DNA of 64,000 nucleotides from Octopus sinensis (lineage: Eukaryota): positions 39,866,001-39,930,000 of the forward strand of contig NC_043014.1 of NCBI RefSeq assembly GCF_006345805.1, written 5' to 3'. The position numbers were made by a program, and so were the translations under genes. The notes under the pieces were generated by a model. That model saw nothing but the letters and a program-made list of their open reading frames with translations, ran no database searches and had not been told where the DNA came from. Of this stretch, positions 39,044-52,484 are shown in pieces (positions within the stretch are counted from its first letter, which is position 1; each line of letters begins with the position of its first letter).

Positions 39044-39876
39044 TTTCAGCTATGGCCTTGGGTTGACCAATGCCTTGTGGGTGAATATGGTAAATGGAAA
39101 CAATGAAATCCCATTGTGTGTGTGGGGGTCTTTGTCTCACACACACACTTAACAACTGCTTCTGCTTTGTTTACACCCTTGTAACTTAGCAGTTCAGCAA
39201 AAGAGACCAACAGAACAAATATCAGACTTTGAAAAATAAGTACTGGGGTTGATTTGTTCTACTTAAATCTTTAAGGCAGTGCCCCAGGATGGCTGTAGTT
39301 AAATGTCTGAAACAAGTCAAAGATAAAAGTCATGACTGGAAAGTTTTTGTACTTAGTAACATGAGGCAAAAAATTGATTCCATTCACAAGACGAAAGAAA
39401 AAAGCCAATTACTCTGGGTCAAGGCAGTGGCCCAACATGGCCAGAATCTTGTGACTGAAACAGTTAAAAAATAAAAATTTGAAAGGTCAGGTCAGTAAGG
39501 AATTGGAATTTATCAAACATTAGTTCAAATGAAAGTGTTTTAACTATTGCCATCCCATCCTTTTTTTTTTTATCAAATCAGAAAATTTTCTTTCCAATTT
39601 TCCAACTCTGGCTCTGTTCATTAATCCCCTCTGTTTTGTCAAATTTAAATTCCAACTCGAAAACAGAAATAACATAAAACCCCCTCCAAAAAAAAACAAC
39701 TTAGAAAATACACATAAAAATTAAAATAAGTACCCTTTATGAAGAATCACCCCTAATTTGGTCTATTTCATCATATACAGTCCCTCCTTTTGACATTACC
39801 CAAGTATTTAGTACTGTTTTTGATGGAATATAAGGAGCAATTTTTTTCCAAAAGAAATGTCTAATCACCCCCACGT

Positions 39877-39915
<39 letters not shown>

Positions 39916-40907
39916 TAATCACCCTAGGTCCTATATGCAATGTTAAACCTAGATTGCTTGAACCCTATTGTTACTATATTTCTGATGACATAAACTGCCT
40001 TTATCTTATAATAATTCTGCTTGTTCGTACGTTACTTAGCCTGTCTAGTAATACTTTCATGTAATAAGTAGAAGATGAAGAGTGAGAGTCAAAGAAGGAG
40101 AGAGAGAGGAAAAGAGAATAAGATGAAGAGTGGGACAGAAAGAGGGAGAGAGAAGTGTCCATGATGTAATGTAGGGGTAGACGTAATATTCATTACATGG
40201 TAAAAAAAGTTAGTTTAAGGTAGTGATATAGAGAAGGAGATTTATAAATACGATTTTAGCAGAATGGTGATATTCTGATGGTGAGGAGAAAGAGAGAGAG
40301 AGAGAGATTATGATGATGATGGTGTTGGAGATAGTGTATGCAAATTGAAATGTGTATTGGCTCTGACCCATTGTATTGGCTTATATGTTACCAAGGATAT
40401 GATTTTCAGAGTATGTTGCATTAAATTTTTACCCCCGTGAAATTGTGACCCCTATATTTTCCATATAAAATAATTTTTTTTACTATAAAAATTATGGTTT
40501 TCTAGGTATTAAATTGTGACCACGTAAATTTTAAAATTTAATGGGGTTTTTTTGTTCTATGAGTCCTGAGTATTAAGTCTATAAAATTGTGCATAAAGTA
40601 TATAAATAAAGTGCATTAAGTAATCACCGTATTCCAATTTCCTTCATTTTTCAATGATTAGCAGGCGAGTGACTGTCTTTTGATACAGACACAACACAGG
40701 CTACGCTTTCAGATTTTTTGGATAAAGCTTTCAGAAATAAGACATTAAGTTGACTGTTGATTCTGTGAAATATTCATGGGACCTGCTAGTTTATATTAAT
40801 TTTGAAAATTACGTGGATGTTAGTAGGATAATTTTGCCATTATTAATATGATGTCTCAAACATAAATTAACATGACATTTTGATGAAAGATTTTAATTTA
40901 GATCAAA

Positions 40908-41090
40908 TAGGTTGAAGAAGTGCCAAGATGTTCACATAGAAGACCAAGGAAATAATGCAGAAATGGTGAAGGCTAATCTTAGAGAACTGAACTTTTGACA
41001 AAGAGGATGACAAAGGAATGCAACAAGTGGCAGGATGCTGTGTTGGAGAGGACCCGTTCCAACCTATCCAAGCATGGGAAAATAGTAAAA
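40908..41090 (+). pseudogene. Decayed RTE-clade LINE extreme 3' end
   Basis: RPRK...EMVKANLRELN...WQDAVLERT; ends ccaacctatccaagcatggg. Confidence 0.5.
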
Positions 41091-41096
41091 AAAGGT

Positions 41097-41498
41097 GGCG
41101 AAGGAGTGGCTGTGTGGTAAGTAGCTTGCTAACCACATGGTTCCGGGTTCAGTCCCACTGTGTGGCATCTTGGGCAAGTGTCTTCTGCTATAGCCCCGGG
41201 CCGACCAATGCCTTGTGAGTGGATTTGGTAGACGGAAACTGAAAGAAGCCTGTCGTATATGTGTATATATATGTATATGTATGTGTGTGTGTGTGTGTGT
41301 GTCTGTGTTTGCCCCCCTAGCATTGCTTGGCAACCGATGCTGGTGTGTTTACGTCCCCGTCACTTAGTGGTTTGGCAAAAGAGACCGATAGAATAAGTAC
41401 TGGGCTTACAAAGAATAAGTCCCAGGGTCGATTTGCTCGACTAAAGGCGGTGCTCCAGCAGGGCCACAGTCAAATGACTGAAAAGAGTAAAAGAGTAG
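41097..41498 (+). mobile_element. SINE family A
   Basis: Full-length match. Confidence 0.9.
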
Positions 41499-41946
41499 AG
41501 AGATGATGATACATACATATACAAGCACATACACACATACCTTACTTGGAAACAGGTGAGGGTGAACAGCGGGAAGAGCATTTAGCTGTAGAAAATTGAA
41601 TCAATAAACACCATTTGTCTCATGGAAAAGTTGATGTTAAAAATGATGATGATGATACACATGGATGTATACATGTCTATGTATATACATACTCAATTCA
41701 TACATCACTTCATCGATCAAGATATCACATGAGCTTCCTTGCACTGTTGTAGCTTTTGAATTATGTCACCCCACTGACTACACAGGCAGGACAACATTAA
41801 TCACACTTGAATGGAAGGAACATCAGACACACATTTACAGCTGAGTGAACTGGAACAATGTGAAATGGAGTGTCTTGCTCAAGAACACAACACACCACCA
41901 ATGTGGAAATTAAAGCTATGATCTTGCAATCATGAATTCAGTACCC

Positions 41947-42598
41947 TAACGACTTCACATTATATACACACACATACATATTCATAACCACTTCACATTA
42001 TACACACACACATACATATTCATAACCACTTCACATTATACACACACACATACATATTCATAACCACTTCACATTATACACACACACATACATATTCATA
42101 ACCACTTCACATTATACACACACACATACATATTCATAACCACTTCACATTATACACACACACATACATATTCATAACCACTTCACATTATACACACACA
42201 CATACATATTCATAACCACTTCACATTATACACACACACATACATATTCATAACCACTTCACATTATACACACACACATACATATTCATAACCACTTCAC
42301 ATTATACACACACACATACATATTCATAACCACTTCACATTATATACACACACATACATATTCATAACCACTTCACATTATACACACACACATACATATT
42401 CATAACCACTTCACATTATACACACACACATACATATTCATAACCACTTCACATTATACACACACACATACATATTCATAACCACTTCACATTATATACA
42501 CACACATACATATTCATAACCACTTCACATTATACACACACACATACATATTCATAACCACTTCACATTATACACACACACACATACATACATATTCA
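41947..42598. repeat. 38-bp minisatellite, about 17 near-perfect units
   Basis: Unit taaccacttcacattatacacacacacatacatattca. Confidence 0.95.
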
Positions 42599-43104
42599 TG
42601 TTTGATCAGGCAAATAGACAGACAGATGATAGACAAACATGTTCATACATATATATATATGCATATACACATTTAGAAACATAGATACTTACACAGATGA
42701 AACTTATAGAGCCAGTTTTTTTTCTTTCTTTAAGCAAAAGGATGCCCTTCCTGACACCAAACTTTGTATTTGCCTAGACACTAACAGAGGCCATGTCTAT
42801 TTGTTGAGGAAAATTTTTTCAGTCTCTGACCTTGTCCAATCACTTAAACCGTACAATTCTATGTAGGTTAGTCACATGAATGTAATTTGAAAAAACTACA
42901 CAAATAAAAAATAAAAATGAATGCAAAAAAAAAAAAGAGAGACTAATGTTCTTGTTTCTCATTGAAGAAAATTGATCTACAAAATGTAAGAAGTCAACTC
43001 TCTTCAAGACAAACACATTATCTGATTTTACAAATTTCATTGAAAGTTATTTTGTTTACTTAATTGTTGGTAGCACAGGGTCTAGCACAAAGATCCAGAA
43101 GGAG

Positions 43105-43145
<41 letters not shown>

Positions 43146-43191
43146 TATAATAATAATAATAATAATAGAAGAAGAAGAAGAAGAAGAAGAA

Positions 43192-43405
43192 TCGTTTCTA
43201 CTAAAGGCACAAGGCCTGAAATTTTGGGAGAAGGGGACTAGATGATTACATCAACTTCAGTGTTTCACTGGTGCTTAATTTATCAACCCTGAAAGGATGG
43301 AAGGCAAAATCAACCTCACCGGAATTTGAACTCAGAATGTAAAGACGGACAAAATACCACCAAGCATTTTGCCTGGCATTCTAACAATTCTGCCAGTTCA
43401 CTGCC

Positions 43406-43407
<2 letters not shown>
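43192..43407 (-). mobile_element. SINE family C flanked by (gaa)n and (aat)n
   Basis: Family C core match. Confidence 0.78.
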
Positions 43408-43454
<47 letters not shown>

Positions 43455-43489
43455 TAACAATAATAACAACAATAATAATAATAATAATG

Positions 43490-43790
43490 GCTTTGTTGGT
43501 TATGACAACAAGGGTTCCAGTTAGTCTGATCAACAGAACAGCCTGCTCGTGAAATTAATGTACAAGTGGTTGAGCACTCCACAGACATGTGTACCCTTAA
43601 TGTAGTTCTCAGGGAGATTCAGCATGACACAGAATGTGACAAGGCCAGCCGTTTGGATTACAGGCACGACTCATTTTTGTCAGCTGAGTGGACTGGAGCA
43701 GCAGGAAAATAAAGTGGCTTGCTCAAGGACACAACAGATCACCAGGAATTGAACTCATGACCTTATGATCATGAGATGATTACCCTCGCT
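43490..43790 (-). mobile_element. SINE group D (long-tail subfamily)
   Basis: Paralog of 11540-11865. Confidence 0.75.
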
Positions 43791-43799
43791 AGCTACTAG

Positions 43800-43963
43800 C
43801 CCTTTTTGCATTTTCTCTCCCAGTTTATTTCTGTGTTCCTTTCTGTCGAAGAGCATAGGCTCGAAATGTAAAAGACGTTCTCACTTCCTGAGTGTTAAAC
43901 TAATACATCTGTTTGTTGTTTACACACCCGTCTTCGTCTTTTGTTTTTTTGTAAATTCTCACT
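43800..43963 (+). mobile_element. Possible Penelope pseudo-LTR-like fragment with degenerate hammerhead
   Basis: cuuu-CUGUCGA-a-gagc auag gcuc-GAAA-ug-UA-aaag at 43839-43874. Confidence 0.4.
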
Positions 43964-43983
43964 ATGTATCCATATCCATATCC

Positions 43984-44015
<32 letters not shown>

Positions 44016-44125
44016 TATATATATCACGCGATCGACCATACCATCAGATGTTGTTACACATCGCTGGTCACAATGCGTTTGCATTGTTTTAGCCTTTGAA
44101 TGACGCCACCCTGCTGGCTAAGCGA

Positions 44126-44140
44126 CATATATATATATAC

Positions 44141-44175
<35 letters not shown>

Positions 44176-44254
44176 CATTATATATATACATATATACATA
44201 TATATATCATATATATATATACATATATATATATACATATATATATACATATAT

Positions 44255-44286
<32 letters not shown>

Positions 44287-44552
44287 ACACACATACATGT
44301 ATTCTTACATATATATATATATATACATGTATCATACTTATATATATATATATAAACAAGCACACATACATATATATATATATGTGTATATATATATATA
44401 TATACACACACATACATGTATTCTTACATATATATATATACACACATATATGTATTCATACATATAAATACATACGTATTTGTATGCATATAAATTTTAC
44501 CTGGGTTGTCTATATATATATATATATACACACACACACATACACACACACG
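44126..44552. repeat. TA/CA compound microsatellite
   Basis: Direct observation. Confidence 0.92.
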
Positions 44553-45022
44553 TAAATATAATGGCAACCCGGGTACACATTTAGCCTAATTATTAAACTT
44601 CTCTTTATACCCAAGCAGTATGTATGAAAAAAAAAAATGAAAAAAAGCGACAGACAGGAAAAAAAGAAACAGAAAAAGCAAAAGAGAGACACAGGCAGAC
44701 GCACTCACTCACACATACACACATTTTTGTTATTCAAAGCTAATAATATGTTTGATATATTCTGAACATGTATAACCAACTTTTTAAGAAAACAAAATGC
44801 TTTGAATATGTAAACTGAACATGAGAGAGACCTAAAATAAGATAGCTATGTAAAATATTTCAAAATAAACTTAAGTAAATACAAGAAATAGTTAAGTTTC
44901 AAAAATAATGTATGTTGTTGTCAAGTGGGTGCTGAAATAATGAATGAGATATATTACTTCATAACTTCAAAGTTTTTAAAACTGTTAGGATATAGGCACA
45001 GACATGGCAGTATGGTAAAGAA

Positions 45023-45437
45023 GGCAGCAAGCTAGCAGAATCATTAGCACACTGTGCGAAATGCTTAGTGGTATTTCGTCTGCCGCTACGTTCTGAGTTC
45101 GAATTCTGCAGAGGTCGACTTTGTCTTTCATCCTTTCGGGGTCGATAAATTAAGTACCAGTTACACACTGGGGTCGATGTAATCGACGTAATACCTATGT
45201 CTGTCTTTGTTTGTCCCCTCTATGTTTAGCCCCTTGTGGGTAATAAAAAAATAGGTATTTCATCTGTCTTTACATTCTGAGTTCGAATTCCACCGAGGTC
45301 GACTTCGTCTTTCATCCTTTCGGGGTCGATAAATTAAGTACCAGTTACGCACTGGAGTCGATGTAATTGACTTAATCCCTCTGTCTGTCCTTGTTTGTCC
45401 CCTCTATGTTTAGCCCCTTGTGGGCAAAAAAGAAATA
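45023..45437 (+). mobile_element. Dimeric SINE family C inserted in the head of an old SINE A (44993-45790)
   Basis: Two tandem C units; host A resumes aagaagcttgcttc. Confidence 0.85.
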
Positions 45438-45939
45438 AGAAGCTTGCTTCTCAACCACATGGTTCTGGGTTCAATCCCACTGCATGACACCTTGGGCAAA
45501 TGTCTTCTACTACAACCTCAAGCTGACCAAAGCCTTGTGAGTGAATTTGGTGATGGAAACTGAAAGAAGCCTATGTGTGTCTTTCTGTTTGTTTCCCACC
45601 ACCACTTGTCACACATGTTGGTGTGTTTATGTCCCCGTAACTTAGCAGCTCAGCAAGAGACTGATAGAATAAATACCTGGAATTAAAAAAATACGCAAAA
45701 CTGGGATTGATTCATTCAACTAAAAATTCTTCAAAGTGGTGCCACAGCATGGCAGCAATCTAATGACTGAAACAAGTAAAAGATAAATGATAAGGGATGA
45801 TTCTTTAGCCCTGTTTTTCACATGAGTTTTCGAGTTATAGTGGCTGTTACATATCATAATATCAACCAATATGTGGTCTGGCTGTTTTAACTTCAACATA
45901 AGGGTCATCATTTTTACTCGTAAGATAGTTCTTCTTTTC

Positions 45940-46305
45940 TTTTATTCTTTGATTTGTTTCAGTTATATGACTGTGGCCATGCTGGAGCACCACCTTATAG
46001 GATTTTTTTTAGTCAAAGAAATCAACCCAAGGATTTATTCTTTGTAAGCCTAGTACTTATTTTATTGGTCTCTTTTCCCAAACCGCTGGTGTTAAGGGGG
46101 ACGTAAACACACCAACATCAGTTGTCAAGTGATGGTTGGGGGACAAACACAGACATATATATATATGTATATTCAATGGGATCCTTTCAATTTCTGTCTA
46201 CCAAATTCACTCACAAGGCTTTAGTAGAAGACACTTGCCCAAGGTGCCACAGTGGGAGTGAACCTGGAACCATATGGTTGGGAAGTAAGCTTCTTACCAC
46301 ACAGG
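45940..46305 (-). mobile_element. SINE family A, older copy
   Basis: Diverged match. Confidence 0.78.
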
Positions 46306-46774
46306 CATTCTTGAATCTTTTACATTTATAATCACTGATAATAGTTACTCAAATTCCCATCATACATTCTCATAATTTTCTTAAAATAACTCCATCATTA
46401 TTCATCATTTAATCCATTTTCTATGTTTGCATGGGTCAAATGGAATTTGTTGAGGAACATTTTCTTTGGCTGGATTCTCTTTGTCACCTATCCTCGCCTG
46501 TTTCCAAGCAAGGCAATATTTCATCATGGAAGACTAGAACTGAACAACACTGCTTGTGACAGCGACGCTCATTTACAATCATCAAATAAAATCAAGATAA
46601 GGGTGCACACAAACATAGACTCACTGGTGTGTGTGCGTGTGCATCAAACCTTGCAATGTCAGTGTTTTATATTACAATTTATATTTAGTTGGATTTGATA
46701 CATTTTTACTGAATCTGACTTCAGCAATCCAAAAATTGCAGTCCTAGTGAAATCTATGTTTCTCTGATGAGTCT

Positions 46775-47168
46775 TCTTGTCTTGAGACAGCATTCACCCG
46801 GGGTGGGTTGAGCTGGCTTCATTCATCCTCAATGATGCATCTCTCACAAACGCTGACCAGGCCTGGCGATTTAAGGCTAACAACCGCGTGATCTCCAACC
46901 ACTCCTTATTCCAGCGGCGAACGCCGTATATATGGGGGCCTAGGTTGGGTTCCAGATCAGCCTTGACTGTGATCAGCCAGGTTTTTCATTGTCCACCACA
47001 TCACTTCGCCAACCCTGAAGGGGAACTGGGGCAATTTCTTCATAGATGAATTCTTCTGGTTGACGACGGAGGGCATGACCCAGCCAACGCAGACATCTCG
47101 TTAGGATGACTTGTTTGGGGGAGGTGATTTTGCACTGGTGTCGCACCGAATTGTTGGAGACAAAGTGA
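46775..47168 (-). pseudogene. RTE-clade LINE 3' fragment
   Basis: Reverse-complement copy of 9775-10187 (LRWLGHALRRQPEE). Confidence 0.8.
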
Positions 47169-47718
47169 ACAATTTTCTCTGATGAGGTCATAATAACACC
47201 AAAAAATAACTTGAGTTATCTCCCATACTTGCCAAAATAATTAAAAATTAACAAGTGATTAACGTGCTTTTTTTTTCATTGCATAGTTGTTTCTATTAAG
47301 TTTTTTAATACTCCCTCATCATTAACTTATTCATTGTGTGGATTAATTATCTAACTACAAACATTCAATTGGGAATCTATGTATTGTCACAAGTTTACAT
47401 GACACAACATACCTAGTTTATCTAAAACCTGAGCATCAATTCATACAAGCACAGCGAATCAAACATTCCTTTAGAAGTCCTTTATTTTTCACATGCAATG
47501 TATTATATTATATTGAATGTAGTCTTTATACATGCACAAAACCAATTAATTTTGCTAAGATAAAAGCAAAGGATTAATCATAATTACAAAGACTTACTAA
47601 TCAATATAACCATAAAACACATAGAGCAGTAATAAATAAATAGTTTGATGCTCTATACCTACTCACCAAAAAAATATTCAATGACATTAAAAAAATAAAA
47701 AATGAAATAGAAATATCA

Positions 47719-47870
47719 CTGGCTGTGTGGTAAGTAGCTTGCTAACCAACCACATGGTTCCGGGTTCAATCCCACTGCGTGGCATCTTGGGCAAGTGTCT
47801 TCTGCTATAGCTCCGGGCCGACCAATGCCTTGTGAGTGGATTTGGTAGACGGAAACTGAAAGAAGCCTGT

Positions 47871-47907
<37 letters not shown>

Positions 47908-48138
47908 GTGTGTGTGTTTGTGTGTCTGTGTTTGTTCCCCTAGCATTGCTTGACAACCGATGCTGGTATGTTTACGTCCCCGTCACTTAGCGGTTCGGCA
48001 AAAAGAGACCGATAAAATAAGTAGTGGGCTTACAAAGAAAAAGGTCCGGGGTCGAGTTGCTCGACTAAAGGCGGTGCTCCAGCATGGCCGCAGTCAAATG
48101 ACTGAAACAAGTAAAAGAGTAAAAGAGTAAAAAGAGTA
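47719..48138 (+). mobile_element. SINE family A
   Basis: Near full-length match with (taaaagag)n tail. Confidence 0.9.
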
Positions 48139-48595
48139 AATTGTAAATTAACCCAACTGATGCAAACATCTGCAAGAAATAATTCCTAATACTCTAAAAA
48201 TAGCAACGTCCTATATATAACACACCACAGTGTGTATATAACTCAATAACCCTGTTCTGGTTTGAGAGAACTTTTCCCAGACATTGAAGAAGATGGTTTT
48301 TATTTACCCCGAGGGACTTCCTTCGCAGGATTTCACAAAGGTGTGGTTTTAACTTCATAGTAGGCCTCCTATAATCCTTGTTTTTTGTTTATTATTATTA
48401 TTAGAGCATTGGAAAACAAAAAAAGCCTTGCTGTATGTCTTCCGGTTCTTTACGTTCTTAGTTCAATTCTTGCTGAGGTCAACATTGCCTTTCATCCCCC
48501 AGGGGTTATAAACTGCCAGTCTAGTACTGGGGATTGGTGTTAATGACTAAACCCTTCACCTAAAAATTGCTGGCCTTGCACTTAAATCATAAATG

Positions 48596-48754
48596 ATTAT
48601 TATTATTATTACTATTATTATTATTACTATTACTATTATTATTACTATTACTATTATTATTATTACTATTATTATTATTATTACTTATTATTATTATTAT
48701 TATTATTACTATTATTATTATTATTATTACTATTATTATTATTATTATTATTAC

Positions 48755-48790
<36 letters not shown>

Positions 48791-48962
48791 TATTATTATT
48801 ATTACTATTACTATTATTATTACTATTATTATTACTATTATTATTATTACTATTATTATTATTATTATTACTATTATTATTACTATTACTATTATTATTA
48901 TTATTACTATTACTATTATTATTACTATTACTATTATTATTACTATTATTATTATTATTATT
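48596..48962. repeat. (TAT/TAC)n trinucleotide microsatellite between two decayed SINE C copies
   Basis: Direct observation; explains the poly-I/poly-Y ORFs. Confidence 0.95.
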
Positions 48963-49385
48963 GTGTTGTTGTTGTTAAAGCAGCAAGCTGGCATAATTGT
49001 TAGAACATCAGACAAAATACTTGGTGGTATTTCTTCTGACTCATCATATTCTGAGTTCAAATTCTGCCGAGATTGATTTTGCTTTTCATCTTTTCAGGGT
49101 CAATAAAAACCAGTTCAGTACTGAGGTCAACATAAATAGCTTCACCCTCCCCTCAAAACTGCCGGCCCTTGTGCTAAAATAAGAAAGAATTATTATCATC
49201 ATTATTATTATCATGCAAAAACGACCTCAGTTCAAATCCCGCTGAAACCAACTTTGCCTTTAATAATTTATCTGGGTCAATAAAAGTACAAGTACTAGTA
49301 TTGATGGTACTGACTAAACCTTGAAACTAGACATGCCAGTCTTGTGCTGCTGTTGCACTGCTACTCTTTTTTTTTTTTTCTCACT

Positions 49386-49772
49386 TTTTTTACTTGTTTC
49401 AGTCATTTGACTGTGGCCATGCTGGAGCACCGCCTTTAGTCGAGCAAATCGACCCCAGGACTTATTCTTTGTAAGCCTAGTACTTATTCTATCGGTCTCT
49501 TTCGCTGAACCGCTAAGTTACGGGGACGTAAACACACCAGCATCGGTTGTCAAGTGATGTTGGGGGGACAAACACACATACACATATATATATATATATA
49601 CATATATACGACATGCTTCTTTCAGTTTCCGTCTACCAAATCCACCTACAAGGCTTTGGTCGGCCCAAGGCTGTAGTAGAAGACACTTGCCCAAGGTGCC
49701 ACGCAGTGGGACTGAACCCGGAACCATGTGGTTGGTAAGCAAGCTACTTACCACACAGCCACTCCTGCACCT
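49386..49772 (-). mobile_element. SINE family A
   Basis: Full-length match. Confidence 0.9.
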
Positions 49773-50099
49773 ACCGCTAGAAATTTTTTTTTTATTATTT
49801 TCAAAATTAATTGAGAAAAGGACTGTATCTCAATAGAAATAAGGTAACAAAAGGGTGAAATGAAGAGCAACAAGATCTAAAATAAATTCCAGTTATTTCT
49901 TCATTGTCCATTAAGAAACTCATTATCCAAAAATCAATAGTCACATTTACAATTTATACAAGGTTTTTCTAAAATATACTTTCAAAAGGAATCATAAAAT
50001 CAGATATATCTTAATTTATAGTATGTTGTTGAAGCTTCTACAGTATAAAAAATTTCAGTTCCTCTAACAAAACAAAAAAACCCCACAAATATTCTAGAT

Positions 50100-50337
50100 T
50101 ATTGGTTCTCAACCATTTTTGGCCTCTGGACCGCTCTGATACTTATTACACTCTGCTGGATCCTCATAGCCATTCAATGTTTAAAAAGATCCTTTTTATG
50201 ATTAAATATTATGAATTATATAAAAAAAAATTGCTAAAATATTTTGTGTATTGTAGAAGTACAACCAATTTATTGCCAATGAATTTTAACAACAAAATCT
50301 TATATAGACCCTTAAGGGTCCTGGCTGAGAAATGTTG
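50100..50337. mobile_element. hAT (Charlie-like) MITE, decayed
   Basis: Ends tattggttctcaacc / ggctgagaaatgttg; 8-bp TSD ttctagat / ttatagat. Confidence 0.65.
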
Positions 50338-50352
50338 TTATAGATGCTTTAT

Positions 50353-50786
50353 ACTCTTTTACTTGTTTCAGTCATTTGACTGCGGCCATGCTGGAGCACA
50401 GCCTTTAGTCGAGGAAATCGATCCCAGGACTTATTCTTTGTAAGCTTAGTACTTATTCTATCGGTTTTTTCTGCCGAACCACTAAGTGACAGGGACATAA
50501 ACACACCACCATCAGTTGTCCAGTGATGTGGGGGGGGGGAAACAAACACAGTCACAGAAACACACACACACATATATATATATGTTGGGGGGCACAAACA
50601 CACACACACTTATATATATATACATATATACGACGGGCTTCTTTCAGTTTCCGTCTACCAAATCCACTCACAAGGCTTTGGTCGGCCCAAGGCTATAGTT
50701 GAAGACATTTGCCCAAGGTGTCACGCAGTGGGACTGAACCTGGAACCATGTGGTTGGTAAGCAAGCTACTTACCACACAGCCACTC
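50353..50786 (-). mobile_element. SINE family A with small internal duplication
   Basis: Full-length match; atgt(t)ggggg...caaacac repeated at 50526-50607. Confidence 0.88.
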
Positions 50787-51289
50787 AACTCTTCAGAAAC
50801 TTTTCCAACTCATTATATACACATTTTACTGATAGTGATTGGTCACAGAAATAAATCTCAGCCACTTTGAAATTAGTTGTGATCCCTTGCAAATCCTTAA
50901 ATAGGGCTGAGTTTTTTTTTTGTTTTGTTTAGGGGGGGGGTCTTAAAATTTAAAAAATGGAAACCAAATCAAAATCATTTCTTATACATAAGTTTCCATT
51001 AGCATTAAGTTTTGAAATAAGATTTTTATCTTTCATCTGTTTCACTTATTGGACAATGACCATGCTGGAGCATCACCATAAAGGATTTAGTTGAACAGAT
51101 CAATCCCAGTAGATGTTTTTCGAGCCTGGTACATACTCTTTCAGGCTCTTTTACCAAACTGCTAAGTTATGGGGATGTAAACAAACTAACACTAGTTGTC
51201 AAGCAGTAGGTGGAACAAACACAGACACAAAAACACACTCGTACACACACACACAATAGGCTTCCACAAAGTGTCTTTCTACCATTTAT

Positions 51290-51602
51290 TTATTTTTTAT
51301 GCACCCTTTTCAAGCCTAGCCAGGCTCATGGGCTCGGTTTCCCGGTTTCTGTGGTGTATGTGTTCCCCTCAGCTGGATGGGACGCCAGTCCATCACAGCG
51401 TTACTCAAGAAACAGAAAGAAAAAGTGAGAGAAAGTTGGGTCGAAAGAGTACAATAGGGGTCGCCAGCACCCCCTGCCGGAGCCTCGTGGAGCTTTAGGT
51501 GTTTTCACTCAATAAACACACACAACACCCAGTCTGGGAATCGAAACCGTAATCCTCTGACCGTGAGTCCACTGTCCTAACCACTGGGCCATTGCACCTC
51601 CA
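51290..51602 (-). mobile_element. tRNA-derived SINE, D-related, inside an old SINE A (51025-51745)
   Basis: Paralog of 17704-18008. Confidence 0.8.
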
Positions 51603-52340
51603 TATCCACTCATAAATTGCTTTTTGTGGTCAATCCAGGGTTATAGTAAGAAGACACATGCCCAAGATGTTGTGCAACAGGGATTGAAACCAAAACCGTG
51701 TGGTTCCAAAACAAGCTTCTTAACCATATAGCCATGCTTACACCTATTAATGTTTCTAGTATTATTATGTAAAGAAAGAACAGAACTTTTGGTATAAATT
51801 CTGGTGAAAATTAAAGCAATACAACTCAGTAGATATTATCTACATGCTAAAACAAACATTAGCGAGCCAATTAGGGAATATTTACTTGGTTGCTGAATCT
51901 GCTAGAAATAGTAGCTAAGTCGCTCCTTCAGTAATCACATCTTGTTGTTGTAAATAGGAAAAGCTGATCCCAACTGGAATGCTTTAGATCATAGATTTAT
52001 TTGATGAGGGTTGATGTAGGTCAAAACACTAACATACATCAAAATTGCAAAACCATTTAGATGTGTGAGAAACGCAGTTGAGAGTAACCTGCCTGCTCCA
52101 GCCTATTTGCAGCTTGTCACTAAATGTCTAACCACTGTCACAACATTCCAGAACACAGCTATAGCAACCTTGCGAAATCAATCACATTAGACAGCAGTAG
52201 AAAAAGGCAATTGCCTTTAATAAATCTAGACATTGCTGCACACCAGTAAATTTGTCTTGCTGTCTTTTGCCGTGCAGAGTCAAAACAGAAGTGACATGTT
52301 TTCAATCTGCCTTAAATGCAGTTATTCTCCTTTGATTTTC

Positions 52341-52470
52341 AAGAAGAAAAAGGAAAAAGAAGAAGAAGCGGGAGGAGGAGGAAGAAGAAGAAGCAGGAGG
52401 AGGAAGAAGAAGAAGGAGGAAAAAGAAGAAGAAAGAAGAAGAATCAGAAAGAAGAAGATGAAGAAGACGA
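52341..52470. repeat. (GAA/GGA)n purine tract
   Basis: Direct observation. Confidence 0.9.
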
Positions 52471-52484
52471 TGACCACCACTACC

